A stretch of 46,397 bases of DNA from an uncultured Mageeibacillus sp. (GTDB lineage Bacteria; Bacillota; Clostridia; Saccharofermentanales; DTU023): assembly GCA_964346085.1 (NCBI GenBank), contig CAYFSZ010000002.1, forward strand, positions 1 to 46,397, read 5' to 3'. The first letter of the stretch is position 1, and each line of letters begins with the position of its first letter. Position numbers and translations under genes: made by a program. This document shows positions 1 through 9,313 of the stretch, piece after piece. The notes beneath the pieces were generated by a model, which saw nothing but the letters and a program-made list of their open reading frames with translations, made no database searches and was not told the origin of the DNA.

Positions 1-161
1 GGCTTATTTCCGTCCTTTACCGCAAATTTTCAGGGACGGCTTATTGCAAAAACAGATCACTTCCGTACCTAGCTGCATTTTTCAATTGATGGATTTCTCG
101 ATTAAGTCGTAAATCCAACGCAAGTCTAGACTTCCCCTCTAAAAAAAGTTATAAAACTTAT

Positions 162-1259
162 ATGGAGAGCAACTTAACGCAACAATTAATATCTTGGTAC
201 GAAGCGAATGCAAGAGATTTGCCTTGGCGAAAGTCGACTAATCCTTATCATGTTTGGATTTCTGAAATTATGCTGCAGCAAACTCGCGTAGAAGCTGTGA
301 TCCCCTATTTCAATCGTTTCATGACACAATTTCCAACGATTCAAGCTTTAGCAAACGCAACTGAAGATGAGTATTTGAAAATTTGGGAAGGTCTGGGATA
401 TTATAGTCGTATTCTAAATATTCATAAAACAGCAAATATCATTAAAGACGAAGCGAATTTCCCGCAAAACTACGATGATTTACTAGTACTTCCAGGCATT
501 GGTCCTTATACGGCAGCTGCAATTGCCTCTATATCTTTTCATCAACCAGTTCCCGCTATTGACGGAAATCTATTACGTGTTTTTGCGAGAGTAGCGTGTT
601 GTGAAGAAAATATTTTGGATAATAAAACAAAAAAAGCAGCCTACGATTTTTTTGAACGACATATACCAACGAAAAATCCTGGTGATTTCAATCAAGCGTT
701 AATGGATTTAGGAGCAATAGTCTGTACACCCAAAAATCCGAAATGTGAATCATGTCCGATCCACAGTCATTGTCAAGCCTATCTTGAGAATAAAGTTGAC
801 CAATTACCGGTACGAATCAAAAAGCAAAAAATCATTAATGAAAAGAAAACTGTGTTAATTATTCATGTAGATGATTTTGTGATGCTCAGAAAGCGAGCAT
901 CAACAGGTTTACTTGCTAATATGTATGAATTTCCAAATGTCAAAAATCATCTTACACAAATGGAAGCTATACACTATATCGAATCATTAGGTTTAAAAGC
1001 CATTCGCATCAAACAAATTGAATCTTCTAAGCATGTTTTCAGCCATCGAATTTGGAATATGAAGGCTTATGAAATTTTCACGCAAAGTTCTGACTTTGAA
1101 AAAATAAATGCTTCTTCACTCCAATTGAATGAAGAAGCATATAACGAATTATTTTCGAATAAACTGTTCTTAAGTTCACTGAAAGATATTGAAAAAAGAT
1201 GGTCGATTCCTTCAGCTTTTGAGAAGTACAAAAAACATGTACTGCTCAACAGTCATTAA
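162..1259 (+). CDS. mutY: A/G-specific adenine DNA glycosylase MutY
   Basis: 365-aa ORF. HhH-GPD core (ISEIMLQQTRVEAV, LPGIGPYTAAAIASI, DGN). 4Fe-4S loop CTPKNPKCESCPIHSHC (C-x6-C-x2-C-x5-C). C-terminal NUDIX-like domain (VFSHRIW). Confidence 0.93.
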   Translation: MESNLTQQLISWYEANARDLPWRKSTNPYHVWISEIMLQQTRVEAVIPYFNRFMTQFPTIQALANATEDEYLKIWEGLGYYSRILNIHKTANIIKDEANFPQNYDDLLVLPGIGPYTAAAIASISFHQPVPAIDGNLLRVFARVACCEENILDNKTKKAAYDFFERHIPTKNPGDFNQALMDLGAIVCTPKNPKCESCPIHSHCQAYLENKVDQLPVRIKKQKIINEKKTVLIIHVDDFVMLRKRASTGLLANMYEFPNVKNHLTQMEAIHYIESLGLKAIRIKQIESSKHVFSHRIWNMKAYEIFTQSSDFEKINASSLQLNEEAYNELFSNKLFLSSLKDIEKRWSIPSAFEKYKKHVLLNSH

Positions 1260-2626
1260 GGTTGAGGTGGTAAATCTTTGAGGCCTTCTGCGATTTGTTC
1301 ATCGGTTGGTAATGTATCATTAATCTCCCCAGCCAAATAGCGACGATAAGCAGACATATCAAAATATCCTGTCCCTGTTAAACCGAATAAGATAACTTTT
1401 TTCTCACCTGTTTCTCTGCATTTGATAGCTTCATCAATTGCTGCTTTAATCGCATGTGATGATTCAGGAGCAGGTAATGTTCCTTCCACTTTTGCGAATA
1501 AAGTCGCTGCTTTGAAAATATCATTTTGCGTTTCTGCTCTTGCTTCATCTAAGAATCCATCATGATATAATTGCGATAAAATCGGGCTCATACCATGGAA
1601 TCGTAAACCACCAGCATGGCTTGAAGCTGGCATAAAGCTATGTCCTAATGTGTACATTTTTGCTAATGGTGTTACCATACCTGTATCGCAGAAGTCATAA
1701 GCGAATTTTCCTCTAGTCATACTTGGACAAGAAGCTGGTTCAACTGCAATAAAATACGGAGCCTTTTTACCAGTTAAACGATCTGCCATAAATGGACTCA
1801 TCAAACCACCTAGGTTTGAACCACCACCTGCACAACCGATGACGATATCAGGATAGCGATCGATTTTTTCTAATGCGATTTTACTTTCTAATCCAATGAT
1901 ACTTTGATGTAAAACAACTTGATTTAAAACAGATCCTAAAACATAACGATAACCTTCATGACTAACCGCATATTCTACTGCTTCTGAAATTGCAGTTCCT
2001 AAACTACCATTCTGATTTTTAGGATCGGCTAACATTTTTCTGCCTATTTCAGTTGTATCTGATGGAGATGGTGTTACATCTGCACCGTATGTTTCCATGA
2101 TAGAACGACGATCAGGTTTTTGTTCTGATGAAACACGAACCATAAATACTTTGCAATCTAAATCAAAATACCCACAAGCCATGGATAAAGCTGTGCCCCA
2201 TTGGCCTGCTCCTGTTTCTGTGGTCACACCTTTTAAGCCTTGTTGTTTTGCATAATATGCTTGAGCTATTGCTGAGTTTAATTTATGGCTTCCGGAAGTG
2301 TTACCCCCTTCGAATTTATAGTAAATTTCAGCAGGTGTATCGAGTGCTTTTTCTAAAAAATAAGCACGCGTCAATGGAGATGGTCGATACATTTTATAAA
2401 AGTCACGAATTTCTTCAGGAATCGGGATAAAACGATCTTGGTCATTCAATTCTTGATTGACTAATTCTTCACAAAAAACGACTGAGAGATCTTCTTTTTT
2501 CAAAGGCTGCATAGTCGCAGGATTTAGCAAAGGACGATGATCTGTTTTCATATCAGCACGGACATTGTACCAGCTCTCAGGAATCTCGTTTTCATTCAAA
2601 AATATTTTGTAAGGAATTTTACTCAT
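1256..2626 (-). CDS. TrpB-like PLP-dependent enzyme (tryptophan synthase beta, stand-alone TrpB2 class)
   Basis: 456-aa ORF, longer than canonical TrpB. PLP-lysine motif GGNTSGSHKLNSAIAQAY and glycine loop GCAGGGSNLGG. SD-like AAAGGGGA upstream. No trpA or other trp gene nearby. Confidence 0.85.
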   Translation of the reverse strand: MSKIPYKIFLNENEIPESWYNVRADMKTDHRPLLNPATMQPLKKEDLSVVFCEELVNQELNDQDRFIPIPEEIRDFYKMYRPSPLTRAYFLEKALDTPAEIYYKFEGGNTSGSHKLNSAIAQAYYAKQQGLKGVTTETGAGQWGTALSMACGYFDLDCKVFMVRVSSEQKPDRRSIMETYGADVTPSPSDTTEIGRKMLADPKNQNGSLGTAISEAVEYAVSHEGYRYVLGSVLNQVVLHQSIIGLESKIALEKIDRYPDIVIGCAGGGSNLGGLMSPFMADRLTGKKAPYFIAVEPASCPSMTRGKFAYDFCDTGMVTPLAKMYTLGHSFMPASSHAGGLRFHGMSPILSQLYHDGFLDEARAETQNDIFKAATLFAKVEGTLPAPESSHAIKAAIDEAIKCRETGEKKVILFGLTGTGYFDMSAYRRYLAGEINDTLPTDEQIAEGLKDLPPQP

Positions 2627-2651
2627 AGATATTCCCCTTTCTAATCAAATA

Positions 2652-5459
2652 TTATTTTTTATCGGCAGCTGCATTTCTTGTTTCTTTATGATAACTCAAT
2701 TTAAATAATTCACCAACCACAAATGGAATTAATGCTAATGCAACAATAATTAACCAATCTCTACCAGATAAAGCAATCGTACTAAAGTATTTTTGTAATA
2801 AAGGAACATATACGACCAAAATCATTAATGAACCAGATAACAATACTGCTTTATTCATTGTTTTATTATTAAAAACACCTAATTGGAAAATCGAATAATG
2901 TTCAGATCGGCTGGAAAATGCTCGCAATAACTCAGCAAAAATTAATGTAATGAAAGCAAATGTCCCAGCACCTTTGGAAGGAACAAATCCTTCATAAGCG
3001 AAGAAATGGAAACTTTCAGCAAAAACATTGCTATCTGCAATTGAAACGTCTGGATATAAGAAACGACCAATTTGGAAGGCTGTGAAAACTGCAACAAAAA
3101 TTGCCAATGATTGTGAAATAATCGACGCAATCATTTCTTTATTAATAATCTTTTCATCGCTTCTTCTTGGCGGATGAAGCATGATATCTTTTTCGCCTTT
3201 TTCTTGGCCTAACGCTAAAGCTGGGAAGCTATCTGTAACCAAATTCAAGAACAATAGTTGAATTGGTAATAATGGTGTATATTGAGGTCCTAATAAGAGG
3301 TTTGTTAGGAATACAACTAAAATTTCACCAACATTACAGGACAATAAGAAGCCAACGAATTTACGGATATTGCTGTAGATAATTCTACCTTCTTCAACAG
3401 CCGTTACAATAGTGGCGAAGTTATCATCCGTTAAAATCATATCTGAAGAATTTTTGGCAACTTCTGTACCAGTGATTCCCATCGCTACACCGATTTCAGC
3501 CTGTTTTAAAGCTGGTGCATCATTAACACCATCACCGGTCATCGAAGAGATATGATTCTTCGCTTTTAGAGCGGATACAATTCTAACTTTATGCTCTGGA
3601 GAAACCCTGGCATATACTGAAACTTCTTCACATGCAACTTGTAGTTCTTCATCAGACATATTCTCTAATTCAGAACCTGTTAAAACTTTGTCGCCTTCTT
3701 GCATTAGGTTTAGGTTTTTCGCAATTGCGACTGCGGTATCTTTATAGTCACCAGTAATCATGACAGCTCTAATACCAGCACCATGGCAAATAGCAATCGC
3801 ATCTTTTGCCTCTGGTCTAGCTGGATCGATCATTCCAGTTAATCCAACAAAAATCATGTTTTCTTCCGCGCCTTCAAATCCATCATTCTCATGAATTTTG
3901 TAGGCGAATGACAACACTCTTAATGCTGACGTTGCAAAAGCAGAGTTTGCTTCTAATATTTTACGACGATCTTCTTCTGTAATTGCTCGAATCTGTCCAT
4001 CAATTAAAATATCTGAACAACGGTCTAGAACAATGTCTGGAGCACCTTTCGTTAAGGATACAAATTGATGATCAATGTTATGGAAAACGGACATCATTTT
4101 ACGATCCGAATCAAAAGGCATATCGCCTAATCTTGGAAATTGTTCTGTCAATTTTTCTCTAACAAATTCTTTTTTTGCGCTCAAAGTAATCAAAGCACCT
4201 TCGGTTGGATCACCAAGAACAGACCAAATATTATTCTTTTCGACAAGACTTGCTTCATTACATAAAGCAGCGATTTGAAGCAATTTTGTCATTGCTTCTG
4301 AGGATTGTTCTGCACTATCTGAATTTTCAAATAATGTAATCTCACCTTTAGGTTCATATCCAGTACCGCTAACTTCAAACAACTGATCATTTGTATAAAT
4401 ACGAGTAACTGTCATTTCATTTTGGGTTAAAGTACCAGTTTTATCGGAACAAATAGTGTCTACTGAACCCAATGTTTCAACCGCGAGCAAACGCTTCACG
4501 ATAGCATTTTTCTTTGCCATACGGTTCATGCCAAGCGCCAATACTATTGTAACAATCGCTGGTAATCCTTCAGGAATGGCAGCAACAGCTAAGCTGACAG
4601 ATGTCATGAATAATTTTAAAACGCTACCACCTTGTAATAAGCCAACAACAAACACTGTTAAACAAACAGCTAAACAAATAATGGCCAAAATCTTACCCAT
4701 TTCATTTAAGCTTTTTTGTAATGGTGTGGCTTCTTGCTCAATGCCTCTTAAGCGATCAGCAATTTTTCCGACTTCTGTATCATTACCAGTTAAAACAACA
4801 ATACCTTTGCCTCGCCCATATGTGAGAGCCGTGCTAGAATAAAGCATATTGGTACGGTCACCAATTCCAAGTTCTTCACTAGTGGTGAACGCTGCATCTT
4901 TATCAACAGGTACGGACTCTCCTGTTAATGAAGCTTCTTCTGCTTGCAAATTACTGCTTTCAAGTAGTCGAATGTCTGCAGGAACAATATCTCCTGCTTC
5001 AAGAATAACAATATCGCCCGGAACGAGTTCCGCAGCTTTCACCATTTGCTGCTTACCATCACGAAGTACTCTTGCCTCAGGTGCAGCCATCTTTTGCAAT
5101 GATTCAATGGCTTTTTCTGCACGACCTTCTTGATAAACCCCTAAGATTGCATTAATCACAACAATGGCAATAATTAACGCTGCATCAACAACTTCTCCAA
5201 GAACTCCAGAAATAACAGCTGCCACAATTAATGTGATAACCATAATGTCTTTGAATTGTTCAAGAATTTTTTTCCACAGTGGTACGGCTTTTTCTGATTC
5301 TAATTCATTCTTACCATACTTTTCTTGCAAGGATGAAATATCACTATCAGACAGACCTTGTTCAGCATTTGAATCAAGGCGTGTGACAATTTCATTTTTT
5401 TCTAATTGGTAAAGATCTGCTGCGTTGATGCGATCTTGATTGTTTTTTGGCTCACTCAT
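2652..5459 (-). CDS. P-type (type II, SERCA/PMCA-like) calcium-translocating ATPase
   Basis: Phosphorylation motif CSDKTGTLT, TGES actuator motif, PEGLP in M4, hinge TGDGVNDAPALK, about 10 TM segments. Start placed at the ATG at 5459 (MSEPKNN...): GAGGA lies 9 nt upstream and it forms an ATGA-type overlap with the upstream stop. The longest ORF extends to 5483. Confidence 0.9.
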   Translation of the reverse strand: MSEPKNNQDRINAADLYQLEKNEIVTRLDSNAEQGLSDSDISSLQEKYGKNELESEKAVPLWKKILEQFKDIMVITLIVAAVISGVLGEVVDAALIIAIVVINAILGVYQEGRAEKAIESLQKMAAPEARVLRDGKQQMVKAAELVPGDIVILEAGDIVPADIRLLESSNLQAEEASLTGESVPVDKDAAFTTSEELGIGDRTNMLYSSTALTYGRGKGIVVLTGNDTEVGKIADRLRGIEQEATPLQKSLNEMGKILAIICLAVCLTVFVVGLLQGGSVLKLFMTSVSLAVAAIPEGLPAIVTIVLALGMNRMAKKNAIVKRLLAVETLGSVDTICSDKTGTLTQNEMTVTRIYTNDQLFEVSGTGYEPKGEITLFENSDSAEQSSEAMTKLLQIAALCNEASLVEKNNIWSVLGDPTEGALITLSAKKEFVREKLTEQFPRLGDMPFDSDRKMMSVFHNIDHQFVSLTKGAPDIVLDRCSDILIDGQIRAITEEDRRKILEANSAFATSALRVLSFAYKIHENDGFEGAEENMIFVGLTGMIDPARPEAKDAIAICHGAGIRAVMITGDYKDTAVAIAKNLNLMQEGDKVLTGSELENMSDEELQVACEEVSVYARVSPEHKVRIVSALKAKNHISSMTGDGVNDAPALKQAEIGVAMGITGTEVAKNSSDMILTDDNFATIVTAVEEGRIIYSNIRKFVGFLLSCNVGEILVVFLTNLLLGPQYTPLLPIQLLFLNLVTDSFPALALGQEKGEKDIMLHPPRRSDEKIINKEMIASIISQSLAIFVAVFTAFQIGRFLYPDVSIADSNVFAESFHFFAYEGFVPSKGAGTFAFITLIFAELLRAFSSRSEHYSIFQLGVFNNKTMNKAVLLSGSLMILVVYVPLLQKYFSTIALSGRDWLIIVALALIPFVVGELFKLSYHKETRNAAADKK

Positions 5460-6876
5460 CTTCTTTTTCCTCGTCTGTGCCATCTGTTGACTCAGTGAAT
5501 TCTAGTTTAATTTTAGCTATTCGTTTTTCGTCCATTTCTAAAACTGTAAATTTCATATTGTTAACATGTATACTCGGACATTCATCTTCTTCAGGAATTC
5601 TTTCTAATTGACTCAATACAAATCCCGCGATTGTGTCATAATCAAAATCATCTTCTGGCTCTATCGATGCGGCTGCTGGAATTCGTTCAATGACTTCTTC
5701 TGGACTAAGCATCCCATCAATAATGAAAGTTCCATCTTCATTGGCCTCAATTGCCTGATCAACTCGATCATATTCATCGGTGATATCCCCAACAATCTCT
5801 TCTAGTATGTCTTCAATTGTGATTAACCCATCGGTTCCACCATACTCATCAATAACAATAGCCAGCGAGATATTCTGTTGTTGCATCTCCCTGAATAAAA
5901 CGCTAATTGATTTTCCTTCAGGAACAAAATAAGGATCTCTGATATGTTTTTTTAAGTTAAAGTGATTTCGTTCATGTGAAGTAATTCGTAGGAGGTCTTT
6001 AATATGCAAAACACCAATAATATTATCCACTGTTTCTTCATAAACAGGAATTCGACTATATCTTTCATGAGCCGCAGAGTGTAAAACTTCACTGTAAGTT
6101 GCTTTAACATCAAGAGCTATCATTGCAGTTCTTGGAGTCATAATTTCAGAAACATCCGTATCATTCAATTCAAAAACATTATAAATCATTTTTGCTTCAT
6201 CACTTTGAATGCCACCCGTTTCACCGCTGGCTTTTGTCATCAAAATAATTTCTTCTTCTGTGACTTGATTTTCAACTTTATCAATATCAATTCCAATTAT
6301 GTAACAAACTAACTTTGCCGATGCATTCAGCAAGAAAGCAAAAGGACGAAGCAATTTATCCCAAAAACGTAAAATGCCTACAAATCTTCTGGCATACTTC
6401 TCTGGGTTTCTCATACCTATTTGTTTTGGAACCAATTCCCCCATAACTAGAGAAAAGTAGGAAATAATAAATGTGATAACAATTGTAATAATTGGCTCTA
6501 AATAACTCTTTTGCCTTGACGGATCAATGCTTTGATAAATTACTGGTGCTATCTGATTCGCACCAAAAGCTGATGATAGAAACCCAGCAAAGGTCACACC
6601 AACTTGTACAGTCGCTAAAAATCCTCCCTGATTCTCAATGAATGGGAGCAGTTTTTGCGCATCAGTATCTCCATCAGCGGCATTTGCTTTTAATTTTGTT
6701 TCATTTAGAGTAACGATTACCATTTCAGAAGCGGCAAAGAAACCGTTCAATAGAATTAATAACAAAATGACAATTGCATTAATAACGATAATTTTTGTTG
6801 TTTGTTGACTAAATAGATTCGAATTACTTAATAATATGTGTTGTGCTAGTAAGGCACAACTATGACCAGCGTCCAC
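5452..6876 (-). CDS. CNNM/HlyC-CorC family transporter (DUF21 + CBS pair + CorC_HlyC)
   Basis: 474-aa ORF. N-terminal 4-TM DUF21 region (LLNGFFAASEMVIV), CBS-pair region (IMTPR...), acidic CorC-type C-terminal domain. GTG start preceded by AGGAGG at 10 nt. Confidence 0.88.
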   Translation of the reverse strand: MDAGHSCALLAQHILLSNSNLFSQQTTKIIVINAIVILLLILLNGFFAASEMVIVTLNETKLKANAADGDTDAQKLLPFIENQGGFLATVQVGVTFAGFLSSAFGANQIAPVIYQSIDPSRQKSYLEPIITIVITFIISYFSLVMGELVPKQIGMRNPEKYARRFVGILRFWDKLLRPFAFLLNASAKLVCYIIGIDIDKVENQVTEEEIILMTKASGETGGIQSDEAKMIYNVFELNDTDVSEIMTPRTAMIALDVKATYSEVLHSAAHERYSRIPVYEETVDNIIGVLHIKDLLRITSHERNHFNLKKHIRDPYFVPEGKSISVLFREMQQQNISLAIVIDEYGGTDGLITIEDILEEIVGDITDEYDRVDQAIEANEDGTFIIDGMLSPEEVIERIPAAASIEPEDDFDYDTIAGFVLSQLERIPEEDECPSIHVNNMKFTVLEMDEKRIAKIKLEFTESTDGTDEEKEDE

Positions 6877-6976
6877 TTGGACTTAACCTCCTACAATTCT
6901 AATTATCCTAAGATAATATAAATAACTTGTCTCTCTGATAAATAATATTAAGAAATATAGCAAAACTATGTTGAGA

Positions 6977-9313
6977 TTACAAACTAAAGAGCTTTATTCC
7001 CATTTCATCCAGTAAAAACGAAAGAGAATTTTGGCTTGTAAATAACAATATTTGTCGCTTTTGCTTAATCCCAATTTCTTTTAATAATTCAATTGTATAT
7101 TTTGATCGTTCCTCATCAATTTGAATCAGTGGATCATCTAAGATAAGAGGTATCTTCCCTGCATTATCCTGTAAAAGTTCTGTCAAAGCTAGGCGCAAAG
7201 CTAAATTAATTTGATCATTTAAGCCTGCACTATAATAGGATTGTTCTTTAAACGTTTCATCATTTTCTTGAATCTTAATCATATAGTTTTGGTCAATACG
7301 CAAATCTGAATATTGATGATTTGTCATTTTTGCTAAATACTCACCAGCTTTATCGTTCAATTTTGGACGAATATTCTGTTCGAAAGTCATTTTACTATGT
7401 TCAAGCATATGAAGTGAAATGAGTAAGGAATGATAATTAAACTCTGCTTTCTCAATCGAAGATTTTAGTTCATTCAACTCTTCTTCTATATCGTACGTAT
7501 TATCATGACCAGCCTGAAAATGCTCCAATTTCACTTTACTCTCTGCAAGTTTTTCTCGTAAAAACATTCTTCTCTCAATTATTCCAGATAATTGAGTTTC
7601 TATGTAATGAAATGAATTCTCAGGGAAGATTTTCAATTCATGTTGATGCTCAGATAACCAATCTTGTGCATCTTCATATAATTGATGAAATTCAACAGTA
7701 GAGTGTTCTCCTATGAGTTCCTCAAGTTCTTCCTTGATTGCCTTGTCTCTCTCTTCTGTTTGAACAAAATCTACTGTTTTTTCTCGCAATGTTTGAATAG
7801 CTATATCGAGCTGATCATCATCAGGCAAGGAAGTAAAGAATGGTTGAATTAAATATTTTAACTTTTTCTTTTCACGTTCATAGTTATTGTAAGCAGTCTC
7901 GACCTCTCTATCGATTGCAGCTCTCTCCTCTTCGAAGTCGTTCGTTCTATTCTCGATTCTCTCCAAACTCCATCGCAAATCTTCTAAATCATTTTCGATT
8001 TTTAACTTGCGCATTTCATAATTTCGAATTGCAGCTTGTTGCTTCTTCAAATTCGCTACTTGTTGTTTTTCTAATAAGAAGTAGAGTAAAACCATAATAA
8101 ACGGTAAAAGAACAGCTAATACAATTAAAACAGCCGATAATCCAGGTGCTTTTGTCCGCAGTAATAAACCACCAAGTAAAAAGAAAACTTCCAAAATAAT
8201 CAATGGAAAAAATGACATTAAAGAAATTTTGGGTCTTCTCACCTTCTGAGGTGGTTGTTTTAAAGTATTTTTTTGCAAATATTGCAAACGACTTTTTTCT
8301 TTTAAAATGGTTGCTTTTTTCTTATCCACATCTTGGACAATTTGTTCTTGTTCAGCAATTCTTTTTCGTCTTAAATTATCCTTGATTTCATATTCACTTA
8401 AAGCATAAGCAACCGTTTGTCTTTGCACTGCTATTTCTGTCAATTCCTTGACGGTAACTGCCTCATTCTTTAAAATACTGTCTTTAATTTCTGCATCCTT
8501 TGTATGCTGATGCTTTAATTCTGCTTGTAATCGATGAAATTTTTGATAATCACTTACAATTTTCAGTTTTTGATGTTGAACACTTTGTAAACGCAATAAT
8601 TTTTCTCTATCATCTAATTCAGATAAATCACTTTCAGTATCACTAATGATTTGATTGATTTCAGAGATGGCTTGATCTCTTTGCGTCATTTGGTCAAGAC
8701 GCTCTTCAATTTCATGCTTTTTCGCATACAAATCATTAATATACCCTTTGTCGCCACGATCACTTTTTAGTTGTTTTTTTGCATTTTCTAATTTTGTTCT
8801 TATGTCATCATATGACCAATCATATTCAGCCAGACCTATTTTTCGATTAATCTTATCCTCAAAATTTTTGAGACGATCATTCTCAAGTTTTGGTGTTTCA
8901 ATAAATGCAGTATTTTCAAATTCAAGAGCAGAGATTTGAAACAATTCATTTCCTGGTTCATTCAAATTTTTCAGAAGAATTTTTTCTCCATCAGCATCAT
9001 TATATAGCACTACTATATCCTGAGATTTTTTGTCTGCAAAAATACGTTCTAAGCGATACCTTATCCCTTGATGTGTAAATACAATCGTACCACCCATCTG
9101 ATCACCTGACCACGGTGTATATTTTTTTCTTTGATTCGTTTCAACGGAATGTCCTGATTTTCCAAAACCATAAAACATTACTTTTATAAATTGTTGTATC
9201 GTTGTTTTTCCTGATTCGTTCGAACCATATATCACTTGAAAATCTGGTTCAAAATCGAGTGAAAAATCAGTAATCCCACCAAAATTCTTAATATATAAAT
9301 GATTAATTTTCAT
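6977..9313 (-). CDS. SMC/Rad50-like AAA ATPase, SbcE(YhaN)-like, with a central transmembrane hairpin
   Basis: Walker A GSNESGKT at the N-terminus. Long heptad-rich Glu/Lys/Gln middle. C-terminal signature SAGLNDQ and Walker B LILDDP. Two hydrophobic helices at about 8072-8227. Its start overlaps the upstream nuclease gene by 11 nt. Confidence 0.82.
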   Translation of the reverse strand: MKINHLYIKNFGGITDFSLDFEPDFQVIYGSNESGKTTIQQFIKVMFYGFGKSGHSVETNQRKKYTPWSGDQMGGTIVFTHQGIRYRLERIFADKKSQDIVVLYNDADGEKILLKNLNEPGNELFQISALEFENTAFIETPKLENDRLKNFEDKINRKIGLAEYDWSYDDIRTKLENAKKQLKSDRGDKGYINDLYAKKHEIEERLDQMTQRDQAISEINQIISDTESDLSELDDREKLLRLQSVQHQKLKIVSDYQKFHRLQAELKHQHTKDAEIKDSILKNEAVTVKELTEIAVQRQTVAYALSEYEIKDNLRRKRIAEQEQIVQDVDKKKATILKEKSRLQYLQKNTLKQPPQKVRRPKISLMSFFPLIILEVFFLLGGLLLRTKAPGLSAVLIVLAVLLPFIMVLLYFLLEKQQVANLKKQQAAIRNYEMRKLKIENDLEDLRWSLERIENRTNDFEEERAAIDREVETAYNNYEREKKKLKYLIQPFFTSLPDDDQLDIAIQTLREKTVDFVQTEERDKAIKEELEELIGEHSTVEFHQLYEDAQDWLSEHQHELKIFPENSFHYIETQLSGIIERRMFLREKLAESKVKLEHFQAGHDNTYDIEEELNELKSSIEKAEFNYHSLLISLHMLEHSKMTFEQNIRPKLNDKAGEYLAKMTNHQYSDLRIDQNYMIKIQENDETFKEQSYYSAGLNDQINLALRLALTELLQDNAGKIPLILDDPLIQIDEERSKYTIELLKEIGIKQKRQILLFTSQNSLSFLLDEMGIKLFSL

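Noticed and set aside
4-78. 24-codon minus-strand mini-ORF (MQLGTEVICFCNKPSLKICGKGRK) containing three Cys and overlapping a CCGTCC/GGACGG hairpin
   Set aside because: No SD. It sits at the window edge, is too short to separate from chance, and matches no peptide family I recognise.
4075-5412. Plus-strand ORFs of 67-128 aa (4075-4278, 4456-4842, 4849-5133, 5164-5412) antisense to the P-type ATPase
   Set aside because: They lie entirely inside a strongly supported CDS. The translations are low-complexity Ser/Thr/Ala/Pro-rich with no motifs, typical of shadow frames.
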